Below, piece by piece: positions 14,189 to 26,070 of a DNA stretch of 64,000 nt; positions within the stretch are counted from its first letter, which is position 1, and each line of letters opens with the position of its first letter. Location of the stretch: assembly GCF_031769215.1 (NCBI RefSeq), contig NW_026781958.1:496001-560000 (forward strand), written 5' to 3'. The translations under genes and the position numbers were made by a program. This DNA is from Ylistrum balloti. Lineage: Eukaryota. A model generated the notes under the pieces. It saw only the letters and a list, made by a program, of their open reading frames with translations, was not told the DNA's origin and did not search any database.

Positions 14189-14679
14189 GTGGATCCTGCG
14201 AGCAGGTTAAATGTCCAAAATTCAAAGTATGCATGGAAAATATGCAAGGACTTCCATTGTGCACGTGTCCAAACATTCTGATATGTAAACGGCGCAGGCG
14301 CAATACCAAGGAAGTGTGCGGAAGTGACGGAAATACCTATTATTCTCGTTGCCACATGAGAGTGACTGGATGCACAATGAAAACAAGGCTGAAGGTCAGA
14401 CATAAGGGCCCGTGCTCACCAAATTCATATATGGTTGCCACGCAACAATATGGTGGCCCAGTGAAATACCCGGATAGTGAATATGATTTACGTAGACGAA
14501 GAAAGAAGAACAGACGAAGGGACAAACGTAAACAAAAACAGAAAAAACTTAGACGACGAAAGAGACGTTTTAGGAAAAGAAAATATGATTATCAGCGACA
14601 CCGAAGAAGAAAGACGAAGTTTTTCAAAAATAAGAAAAAGGTAGCGAAAACCTCAACGGAAAAAAGACTATCAGAATAA
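14189..14679 (+). CDS. Exon 2 of the same gene: follistatin module (FOLN + Kazal) and Arg/Lys-rich tail
   Basis: Acceptor ATTTTCAG|GT at 14188/14189 is phase-compatible with exon 1. It reads GSCEQVKCPKFKVCMENMQGLPLCTCPNILIC...VCGSDGNTYYSRCHMRVTGC...HKGPC (10 Cys, Kazal VCGSDGxTY motif); stop TAA at 14677-14679. Spliced CDS 726 nt = 241 aa. Confidence 0.9.
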
Positions 14680-15974
14680 ACTTTGTGATATCAAAAACAG
14701 GTTCACGAAATCACACACAAAGATAATCAAGAAAAACTAGTAAAAAGTGTCCGGCAGAGTTTTGGTTATATGTTTTTATTTTGTGGGTTTTTTTAGATGG
14801 GGGCTTTAAGATAATTTTAATCTTTTTTGAACTCGATTTTACAGACAAAGAGTTTATAATTTCTGTTCAGTTCTTAGAAAAGTGAAAGAATGTTAGGAAA
14901 GTACATGCATAATATGTAAAGGAAAAAGCATACTTAAATTAAGCACAAACAGTTAAAAAGATGTATTTTATCTTACACCAATCAATTTGCTGCTAAGCAT
15001 ACTTTAAACACTGTAAAATGTCTTAATGGATTTCGTTAGATCGTTGGAGCTGACTTTGTATAAAATGAAGATTGAATTTAAGAAAATTCGACAGTCGAGA
15101 TTTTGCTATGAAGTATTTGAAGAATTTAAACAAAGGAATTTACTCGATGCAAAACGAAATTGACATTATAAAAATCGTTTAGAATTGTGTTGAACCGGAA
15201 TAAATTCCACAGACTGAAATGGAATTTGGGCTGGAGCGATCGGGACAGGGAGTAATATGTAGTAGGATTTAGTTTGGATAAGGTGATAGGCCAGTGAGAT
15301 TTTGGTATTTTGTGGTCCTGTGATAAGTGAGCTGGACCTGACAAGCTGTATAAATGTCTAAAGGCATGTTGGGATACATTTTCTTCGTGGACAGATATTA
15401 CAGTTTAGAACTACTCATTGACTCAATTTATTTTATTGGTAGGTTTTTCCCTTTTTTAAATATATATTTTTAAATTTCTAAAAAAATATTGTGTTTTCTT
15501 TAATAAGATTTTTTATTATTTGAGACCTTTTTTGTGTATTATGATAATTATGATTATGTTGATATTGCTGATCAGGAATACCATATCAAGAAGACAAACT
15601 AGGTTACTAGTTATACAACTAGCATACCTTGAACACTAGTACTCAACAGTATTGATGGAAACGTCTTTCCTCTAACATTTCCATAAGTAAATATTCTTAG
15701 AGAGAATATCTGTCGCTTTGGGAGAAAATTGTCCCAAGATAGTAAATCAAAGTAGACTTAATGCCTAGGAGTACGATATGTGCCAGTTGCGATTTTGAGT
15801 GGTATATTATGGAGTTTAAGATAAAGTGTAGAGCTGTATGTAAAGAGCGGATTTGTACGAGAAAATTAGTGTGGAATTGATTGCGGAATGGAGTATGGGG
15901 TTATATGTGAAGTGTGCAGGAATGTAAAGTGCACAGTTTTATGAGAAGGTAGGGGCAGAGTGTAGTTGGGGGTT

Positions 15975-16545
15975 CAATGTGGAGTTGTATGAGAAGTTCG
16001 GTGCGGAGTTGTGGACGAAGTGGAGTATGGAGTTCGGTGTGGAGTTGTATGAGAAGTTAGGTGCGGAGTGGTGGACGGAGTGGAGTAGGGAGTTCAGTGT
16101 GGAGTTGTATGAGAAGTTAGGTGCGGAGTTGTGGGCGGAGCGGAGTATGGAGTTCAGTGCGGAGTTGTAAGCGAAGTTATTTGCGGAGTTGTGGACGCAG
16201 TGGAGTATGGAGTTGTTTGAGAAGTACTGTGCGGAGTTGTGGACGGATTGGAGTTAGGAGTTCAGTGTGGAGTTGTATGAGAAGTTAGGTGCGGAGTTGT
16301 GGACGGAGTGGAGTTAGGAGTTTAGTGTGGAGTTGTATGAGAAGTAATGTGCGGAGTTGTGGCCGGAGCGGAGTTAGGAGTTCAGTGTGGAGTTGTATGA
16401 GAAGTAATATGCAGACTTGTGGACGGAGTGGAGTTAGGAGTTCAGTGTGGAGTTTTATGAGAAGTAATGTGCGGAGTTGTGGCCGGAGCGGAGTTAGTCG
16501 TATGAGAAGTAATGTGCGGTGTTGTATGTGGAATATGGAGCTGTA
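15975..16545. repeat. G-rich minisatellite, ~60-bp unit built from GGAGTT sub-repeats
   Basis: GGAGTTCAGTGTGGAGTTGTATGAGAAGTTAGGTGCGGAGTTGTGGACGGAGTGGAGTTA, about 9 copies with degenerate left flank. Confidence 0.92.
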
Positions 16546-18932
16546 TGTATAGTGCATAGTTGAATATAGCGTTGCGTGAGCAATGTTCTTCATCCGTTTG
16601 TGTACGTCATGTGATGTAAAAGTTAATTAAAAGTAAAACTTCATGTTAATTAGCACGTGTTCACATATTTATTGAGAAAACATTGGGCCTGGTATTTACG
16701 GAGATCTTCCTCTACTGGGACTTTTTTACCCTGTCTGTCTCCTTGTTGGAGTTGGTGACTGCCTCATTGAACAACGGGCGGGAATTCCACCGCTTGCCAT
16801 CGAAAACAGTTTGGTTGAATATCCACAAGGACAACCACAACAACAGCACAGAACAGTCCACGATCTCACTTTCCTGAGAATTACAAACCTGCCGTGGGAA
16901 GGGCAGAAATCTTCACGCCTGAACTGAACTGATGATGTCTGATTGCTCTGCTGATTGAAATATCGAGGCCCCATTTTGCAATTGTGATCATTTCTCTATT
17001 AAATGAATTTAATTTCGTATTTAAATTGCAGTGTATTTTGCAAACTCTTACCTTTCTGTCCATTTCTTGTTCATTTTGAATTGAAATAGCAGGTTGGTTT
17101 GTTGATAAACGTAGGCATTGTCTATGTACGTCAGTTATTCGACAAGATAAACACGAGCTAGGCACAAAGAAAACAAACTTTTGCAATAAACGTGTCGTAA
17201 AAGCACCTATATGAAAGAACAAGTTAAAATTCCCAAAGACATTCAATAAAATACAGGCTGTTGAATCACCTATCATGGTAACAGACGAATGCATACCAAG
17301 GGCAAGAGACGACACGATTAGTTTGTTACACAATGTCGTCTGCTTCAGTAGGGAGCTTAAGGTCAAGCTGAGACCTCACATTGGTAGACACATTTGGGCC
17401 CTACACCGAGACTCTTTTATATCAAATTTACAGCCGTTAACGTGTAAATTAAAGTATGCAGTCTATGCGATACCCAACCGGTTAAATAAAAGATATTTCG
17501 TTTTTGTTAAAACTTGTACATAAAAGAATGCATATATTGTTTGTAGCATTTATATACGTATCAATCATAAACACGCGCATTTAATACGATATCATAATAA
17601 AACAATAACATATCCCTGACATATGCCACCAATAACAATTACCAATAGAACACATAACAGCAAGGACCGGAACTGGCATGTTCTCTTTTTTGTTTTTGCT
17701 GTTGGGAGTTTAAATGAAATTAAATAAAAACAGTTTTAACATATCTGCGTATAAACAGGCATGTCAAATATCCATCCAAATAGACTACATGTCATTGCTG
17801 AGGTATTCTAATGAGTGTCAAAGAGTGCATGTTTTTGGTGCAAAATCTGTCTCGACGTTAGAGATCTATTTACGTCTACACTGCAATCCGTTCTATAAAC
17901 TTAACAGGCGGTATTTGTCAGACTGTAAGTGGCGTCATCATAACTCAACAGCGTGGTCCACAATGATACATTGTATAAAAGAAACAATAATTTGTTACAA
18001 TAATAAGTGCATGAGCTGTTAATACGACTACAAACTAGACTGGTCCTGTCTCCGTAATATTGAATAATTCTCGTCTCTGGAAATTGTTTTATTCTAGAAG
18101 TCTTAAACTAAGTGGATATATGCTACAAGAGGAATTTATATCTTTAATGATATGTCTTAAAAACAGTATCATTTACAAAACACTTCTATATAAATTTATC
18201 TGTAAATGTCAAGAGATGTAGCTTTTTTGTGGAATACCTTACGTAATTTTGATGAAATACGAGGTCGGCAGTTATATTGCTTTCTTTGTAAGGTGTTACG
18301 TGTGGTTGCATGCATTATAAGATATACCTACTACCAGTTTCAGACTGGTACAGATCAATGGCTTGTTGATGGTTGGAGACAACAAGGCAGACACCTGCGC
18401 TTTAACAAAAGTACTTTCTTTTGTCTTTTATTATTTTTTTCTTTTCAATGTATGGAATATTATTATCATTATAAGACATTGATAGTAACAAATTTCTTTA
18501 TTTTTCATTGTCTGTCTTAAATGTGTTATATATGAAACAATACATAGAAATACAAGCTGGGAAATGTCAGCCAGTACCGAGACACTTACTAGCCAACACA
18601 TATGCATTCTTTAACCAATTTACGGCACGATGATATATTCGTATTATTTGAATAAAAAAAAACGAACTATTAATTAACTCCTGGCTAGAATCTTAAATAG
18701 TTATGTATGCATTAAAAACACCAGAATAAATGAATACACAGAATAAAAAACAAACAAACAAGGTATGATATATATGCATCGTCATTCCTTGTAATGTTTA
18801 ATGGAGCAAATGTCTTTTTAAACCTTAACTTATTTACACATATCTTTCTGAACTGCTCGACTGACAACTCAGTTGTAAAAGTGCAGCATGACTGCAGTAA
18901 AATACATTTGTCACATTGGTTGATCCGTTAAC

Positions 18933-19790
18933 CGTGTACATCTCTGGACGTACATGGTGATATAAAACCAATCGACCGTAGCTTGTGTACTGTACATCTC
19001 TGGACGTACATGGTGATATAAAACCATTCGACCGTAGCTTGTGTACTGTACATCTCTGGACGTACATGGTGATATAAAACCATCCGACCGTAGCTTGTGT
19101 ACTGTACATCTCTGGACGTACATGGTGATGTAAATCCATTCGACCGTAGCTTGTGTACTGTACATCTCTGGACGTACATGGTGATGTAAAACCATTCGAC
19201 CGTAGCTTGTGTACTGTACATCTCTGGACGTACATGGTGATGTAAAACCATCCGACCGTAGCTTGTGTACTGTACATCTCTGGACGTACATGTTGATATA
19301 AAACCATTCGACCGTAGCTTGTGTACTGTACATCTCTGGACGTACATGGTGATATAAAACCATTCGACCGTAGCTTGTGTACTGTACATCTCTGGACGTA
19401 CATGGTGATATAAAACCATCCGACCGTAGCTTGTGTACTGTACATCTCTGGACGTACATGTTGATATAAAACCATTCGACCGTAGCTTGTGTACTGTACA
19501 TCTCTGGACGTACATGGTGATATAAAACCATCCGACCGTAGCTTGTGTACTGTATATCACTGGACGTACATGGTGATCTAAAACCATCCGACCATAGCTT
19601 GTGTACTGTACATCTCTGGACGTACAGGTTGATATAAAACCATTCGACCGTAGCTTGTGTACTGTACATCTCTGGACGTACAGGTTGATATAAAACCATT
19701 CGACCGTAGCTTGTGTACTGTACATCACTGGACGCACATGGTGATATAAAACCATTCGACCGTAACTTGTGTGCGGTATATCTCTGGATG
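18933..19790. repeat. 56-bp minisatellite, ~15 copies
   Basis: TATAAAACC recurs at 18961, 19017, 19073; unit CGTACATGGTGATATAAAACCATTCGACCGTAGCTTGTGTACTGTACATCTCTGGA. Confidence 0.97.
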
Positions 19791-20469
19791 ACCTGTTGAT
19801 CTGAGACCATTATTTAGCTATGCACATGACATAAATTCATACGAGATTCATCGGATACTTCTGTTCTAAGTTGATAGAGAAAGGTCTTTCTTCAGTCACA
19901 GCATCTCGGTGAAATTTCCGGTTATCTTCGGGAAATTAGAATTCCGAAAATTGTCGAACATTTCGCCGAGATGTTTTAAATTTTCCTATATTTAGTGTAC
20001 ATTTCTGTTGAAATAGCTTTTTCGTTCCTCATGTCGTTCCAGAGTCAAAGGAAATCCGCTGCTCCGCAATCGCAGAAATATTGCTTCGATCATACCCCCT
20101 CCCCCATTCCCCTCCCCCGATCCTTACGAAGACATGTGTTGGCAATCTAAGCCGTTTAAGTCTATCTGAATAGGACATTTCCTTAAGTCAAGGTAATTGT
20201 TGAGTTTTCATCCGTTGCACAGCTTCAAGCATATCAATATGTACTAAGCTATTGTCTTGTACAGTAACGAAAAGTTGTAGATATTTAAAAAAAAAGAAGA
20301 AGGAAAGTTCGTCTCACAGTGCAAACAGAATTTGTTTCTTAGCTTACGTACTTTACGTTCATCAAAAGAAGAGGTTGGTCTAATAACTACTCCCCTGTTG
20401 TCATTGTCTACTTCTTGCAATTTTGTTTTTTTTGCTATTAATTCTTTCATCGTTATTGCTTCCAATACA

Positions 20470-23320
20470 CATTAACTAACATAGTTGTGGAAGGAATTTC
20501 GGTAGCCATTTGGCAATCCAAGCTACCAGATCTTGGAGTATATTTACATCAGCACTTCCATGGATACATCTAAATAATGCCGTGTCGTCTGCAGAAGGGT
20601 AAGCCTCAGACTGTATTGTATCAAGTGGGTAATCTATATATATGACGAAGAATGTTAGTCCGAGTAACGATCTCTGGGGAGCTACCGAGTGTACACCGCT
20701 TTAGTTGGAAAGGTGCGATCCCTGGGGAACTAAGGAGGGTACACCGCTCCAGTCGGAAAGGTGCGATCCCCGAGGAACTACGAGGGTACACCGCTCCAGT
20801 CGGAAAGGTGCAATCCCTGGGGAACTACGAGGGTACACCGCTCCAGTCGGAAAGGTGCGATCCCTGGGGAGCTACCGAGTGTACACCGCTCCAGTCGGAA
20901 AGGAGCGGTCCCTGGAGAACTACAAGGGTACACCGCTCCAGTCAGAAAGGTGCGATCCCTGGGGAACTACCGATGGTACACCGCTCCAGTCGGAAAGGAG
21001 CGATCCCTGGGGAGCTACCGAGTGTACACCGCTCCAGTCGGAAAGGAGCGATCCATGGGGAACTACGAGGGTACACCGCTCCAGTCGGAAAGGTGCGATC
21101 CCTGGGGAACTACGAGGGTACACCGCTCCAGTCGGAAAGGTGCGATCACTGGGAACTACCGAGTGTACACCGCTCCAGTCGGAAAGGAGCGATCCCTGGG
21201 GAACTACCGAGGGTACACCACTCCAGTCAGAAAGGTGCGATCCCTGGGGAACTACGAGGGTACACCGCTCCAGTCGGAAAGGTGCAATCCCTGGGGAACT
21301 AAGGAGGGTACACCACTCCAGTCAGAAAGGTGCGATCCTTGGGAACTACCGAGTGTACACCGCTTTAGTCGGAAAGGTGCGATCCCGGGGGAACTACCGA
21401 GGGTTCACCACTCCAGTCAGAAAGGTGTGATCCCTGAGGAGCTACCGAGTGTACACCGCTCCAGTCGGAAAGGTGCAATCTCTGGGGAACTAAAGAGGGT
21501 ACACTGCTCCAGTCAGAAAGGTGCGATCCCTGGGAACTACCGAGTGTACACCGCTTTAGTCGGAAAGGTGCGATCCCTGGGGAACTAAGGAGGGTACACC
21601 GCTCTAGTCGGAAAGTTGCGATCCTTGGGAACTACCGAAGGTTCACCACTCCAATCGGAAAGGTGTGATCATTGGGGAGCTACCGAGTGTACACCGCTCC
21701 AGTCAGAAAGGTGCAATCCATTGGGAACTACGAGGGTACACCGCTCCAGTCGGAAAGGTGCAATCCCTTGGGAACTACGAGGGTACACAGCTCCAGTCGG
21801 AAAGGTGCGATCCCTGGGGAACTACCGAGGGTACACCGCTCCAGTCGGAAAGGTGCAATCTCTGGGGAACTAAGGAGGGTACACTGCTCCAGTCGGACAG
21901 GTGCGATCACTGGGGAACTACCGAGTGTACACCGCTCCAGTCGGAAAGGTGCGATCCCAGGGGAACTACCGAGGGTACACCGCTCCAGTCGGAAAAGTAG
22001 GATCCCTGGGGAACTACCGAGGGTACACCGCTCCAGTCGGAAAGGTGCGATCCCTGGGGAACTACCGATGGTGCACCGCTCCAGTCGGAAAGGTGCATTC
22101 CTGGGGAATTACCGAGGGTACACCGCACCAGTCGGAAAGGTGCGATCCCTGGGGAGCTACCGAGGGTACACCGCTCCAGTCGGAAAGGTGCGATCCCTGG
22201 GGAACTGAGGAGGGTGACCAGCTCCAGTCGTAAAGGTACGATCCCTGGGAACTACCGAGTGTACACCGCTCCAGTCGGAAAGGTGCAATCTCTGGGGAAC
22301 TACCGAGTGTACACCGCTCCAGTCAGAAAGGTGCAATCTCTGAGGAACTACCGAGGATGCACAGCTCCAGTCGGAAAGGTGCATTCCTGGGGAATTACCG
22401 AGGGTACACCGCTCCAGTCGGAAAAGTAGGATCCCTGGGGAACTACCGATGGTGCACCGCTCCAGTCGGAAAGGTGCGATCCCTGGGGAACTACCGAGGG
22501 TACACCGCTTCAGTCGGAAAGGTGCGATCCCTGGGGAACTGAGGAGGGTGACCAGCTCCAGTCGTAAAGGTACGATCCCTGGGAACTACCGAGTGTACAC
22601 CGCTCCAGTCAGAAAGGTGCAATCTCTGAGGAACTACCGAGGATGCACAGCTCCAGTCGGAAAGGTGCGATCCCTGGGGAACTACCGAGTGTACACCACT
22701 CCAGTCAGAATGGTATGGAAAGGTTCCTCATGTCGTTTTACTTAAAATGCTGTTGTATCGGACTTTATCGAACGCTTTCTGGAAATCCATATATATATAT
22801 ATATATCGATGTAACGACAATTGCACAGTTTCAAAGGTTGTAAGGAAGTAGATTTGACAGAATAGGCTGTCGTAGTGTTTCCTCTCTCTGCTAGACTTCG
22901 CTTCGAAAACACAACGTATGCAGTGGAGAAAAGCGGTAATAAGACCGGTCATTTCGTCTGTTGAGTCGACCTACCAGACATACATTTTTACTTTTTTTAA
23001 GAATGTTGCTATTGGGGTCTTCCATAGTCCCATACGAGTTGTGCCCTTGGACGAATAACATCATCATCGGAATTGGGATAAACAGAGTAAACGGTGTTTT
23101 AAATACCACTGTTTTCATTTCTTCTAACCGGAACCAATATCATTGTGTATCCCTGAATATGGATTCCATGGAAGTCAATGCTCAAAAGTCTTTTTCCACA
23201 ATCAAAGCCTCGGATTTCTTATTTGAGAGTGCTTGTTTTGCGACCTGTCAATCAAGTACAAGACTGAGATGGTGGCGGTTTTGTTGTGATTTATATGAAA
23301 TGACAATATCCTGGAGGTAG
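20470..23320 (-). mobile_element. Degraded CR1/L2-type LINE reverse-transcriptase fragment interrupted by a minisatellite
   Basis: Minus-strand motifs in RT order: WKTPIATFLKK (~23000), YMDFQKAFDKV (22762-22793), SDWSGVxSVVPQGS (array), then PQRSLLGLTFFVIYID...SADDTALFRCI...LQDL...WLPKF (20678-20470; ADDT at 20581-20592). Confidence 0.85.
20672..22708. repeat. 47/48-bp GC-rich minisatellite, ~43 copies, derived from LINE RT coding sequence
   Basis: Unit GAACTACCGAGGGTACACCGCTCCAGTCGGAAAGGTGCGATCCCTGGG; its reverse complement encodes PQGSHLSDWSGVPSVV. Confidence 0.97.
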
Positions 23321-23853
23321 CTTGAAGATTTATACTGCAAAACTGTTTGGAGAAGAGAAACTATATATAGTATTTTCGGAAATAGAAGAAGTAGTCCTTG
23401 TATTCAAAATTTCAAAATGTACATGTTGTTTTATACCTCAAATATCATCCATATACTTTTTATCTGTAGTGATTAATTGTCACTGTGATGGTATGTTATT
23501 CCTGTCAGGTACATGTCGGGTACTCCATTCAGGCGACAAATTTCAACCCCATTAGCCATTGTTTTAATGCATTTTAATCTAAATCTCCTGATGTTGTGTA
23601 CGCCATCGCTTAGAGTACCCATCATCTTATACACAGTCAAATAAGCTATATCTATTAACACCCCACAAAAATATGACGATTTAAATTTTCCCTCTCTGGG
23701 TATTTGTCACTGTAACTTGGACGTCTCCATTGCATCCCTATCTTGCGAAATCGAAAGTTACGGAACGCATAAATTGTTTTCTTGTCCAATAACGAATCAC
23801 GTGTAACGATTATCCAATGAAATAAGATATCCACGAGAACGATCTGTGATATA

Positions 23854-25014
23854 TACTCAACAAAAACAGAAACGAACAATTAAATCATGCAATCAGTAGC
23901 CTTTGATAATTTGTGCAAAATTCAATATGAAGGGACAAATCTACTCTTTGCAATACTGTAGAAGAATAGTCTGTGTGACGTCACTCGTGTCGTCAGTAGT
24001 TACTGGGTTAACCGCGAAAAAACAAAATGAAACTGCAGTACCTGGTGTGGGCACCTCTTGCACCAATCTCTGCACGGATTATCTTATGCATTGAATTCAC
24101 GAGAACATTAAATCACCTTAAGGGAATGTTGTTTCATTGTTATGTTAATGCTATGACAAACTGGGCGCGGTTAGTTGGGTGTTTTGACGTTTCCTAATAC
24201 GCCTGTCCAGCTCATCCCACAGATGCTCAATAAGAGACGACGGGGCTATATGGGTGCCATTCCAGAGGCTGAACGTCGCCTGCCGTGAAAAATTCACGAC
24301 AGACTCTGGCAACAAGGACATGTGGTTGGAGAATCTGGTCTCTGTATCGAACGGCATTGCGGTTTGGATCCAGGACCATTAAGGGGGATTTTACTCCTTG
24401 GGAGATGCCTCCTGAAACCATTACAAAAGCCCCACCGAATCTATCACGATCAACCACGCATGCGTCAGCGAAAAGTTCACGGCGTCTACGATATACCCTT
24501 TTTCTTTCGTCTGCGCGATACAGACTGAATCTAGACTCGTCGGTGAACATCACACGCCTTCACCGATACACCCTGAACCTATTCGGGCCATGTCTGCGCA
24601 TCCAGTCAAGACGCACTTGTAGCCGCCATGGTGTCAGAGGTGGTCCGACATAAGGTAGGCGCGTAATGATTCCCTCGGCACGCAAAGTTGTGGCAGTTGG
24701 AGCACTAATGGGTCTGCCAAGAGTACCTGAGGTATGCAACGCAGTCTCTACAGCAGTCTTGGATTTGTTGCGCAAGTGTTACAATCGAACCGCCCTGTCG
24801 TGCGGTCGTTACACGCGGACGACCGCTCCTGGGACGATCGGAAACTTACCCAGTAGCATGGAAACGGGACAACGCCGACCTGCCGTGTTACAGGGTAGAT
24901 TGTCGAGAGAGGAGATCATTCTTGATGTAATACCTGACCAAATATTCCATTATTTTCTAACAGCTAACTTGTACTGCAATGGAGAGCTTTGTGCGTTTCT
25001 ATTTTTGTTGAGCA
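23854..25014 (-). mobile_element. Tc1-family DNA transposon, defective, with both TIRs
   Basis: Left end TA|TACTCAACAAAAACAGAAACG, right end CGTTTCTATTTTTGTTGAGCA|TA. Minus-strand transposase remnants: GRPISAPT..., FTDESRF, GGAFVMVSGGIS, WHPYSP, IEHLWDELDRRIR, with frameshifts. Confidence 0.88.
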
Positions 25015-25191
25015 TATTTACAAATCCTCTGTCTTTTGTGTTTCTTATCATTCCGATATTGATTAGTAGTCATATACCGTAACCAATGTTTACATCTTAG
25101 TCTCAGCCTCACACAAAATCACAGTTACTGATGACGACAATATCACGTGACATCGGCAGAGAGACGTCATTGTGGGTGAAAAAAAGCGAAG

Positions 25192-25880
25192 AAAATACCA
25201 ACATGTCAACATTATCATAATCCAAACTCAAATTCAATAAAACTAGGGCAGAAACAACAAAATACCAACACATCAACATAATCCAAACTCAAATTCAATA
25301 AAACTAGGACAGAAATAACAAAATACCAACATGTCAACATTATCATAATCCAAACTCAAATTCAATAAAACTAGGGCAGAAACAACAAAATACCAACATG
25401 TCAACATTATCATAATCCAAACTCAAATTCAATAAAACTAGGACAGAAACAACAAAATACCAACACATCAACATAATCCAAACTCAAATTCAATAAAACT
25501 AGGACAGAAACATTAAAATACCAACACGTCAACATAATCATGATCCGAACTTAAATTCAATATAACTAGGACAGAAACAACAAAATGCCAACATGTCAAT
25601 ATAATCATAATCCAAACTCAGATTAAATAAAACTAGGACAGAAACAACAAAATGCCAACATGTTAACATAATTATAATCCAAACTCAGATTCAATAAAAC
25701 TAGGACAGAAACAACAAAATACCAATATGTCTACATAATCCAAACTCAAATTCAATAAAACTATGACAGAAACATTAAAATACCAACACGTCAACATAAT
25801 CATAATCCAAACTCTAATTCAATAAAACTAGGACAGAAACAACAAAATACCAACACATCAACATAATCATAATCTCAGTA
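25192..25880. repeat. 61/67-bp tandem array, ~10 copies, inside dispersed repeat copy B
   Basis: AAAATACCAACATGTCAACATTATCATAATCCAAACTCAAATTCAATAAAACTAGGGCAGAAACAAC; first units at 25192 and 25259. Confidence 0.93.
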
Positions 25881-26070
25881 AAACTAGGGCCAAATGTGAA
25901 CAAAAAATGTTGACACGGAGATTTATAAAAGGAGAATAAGACCAGGTGTTCCGGAAGAGTAAGATTCTTCTGCTTTATCGACGACACACTCGACCTTGGT
26001 TAATCCAAGTGAGCACTGCCATGGTTGCATATGAGAACAAGGTGTACAACGAGCATCAAACACGTCCAGC
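25880..26070 (+). mobile_element. Dispersed repeat family copy B (core part)
   Basis: TAAGACCAGGTGTTCCGGAAGAGTAAGATTCTTCTGCTTTATCGACGACACAC at 25937. Confidence 0.7.

Noticed and set aside
16881-17366. 161-aa minus-strand ORF
   Set aside because: Non-ATG start, no recognisable domain or splice structure; possibly old TE debris.
18834-19810. Three overlapping 213-299-aa ORFs
   Set aside because: All three frames cycle through the same 56-bp unit; artefact.
20652-22745. Array resembling a CRISPR or repeat-protein gene
   Set aside because: Units are head-to-tail with no unique spacers, and no cas genes are present; explained as a LINE RT-derived minisatellite.
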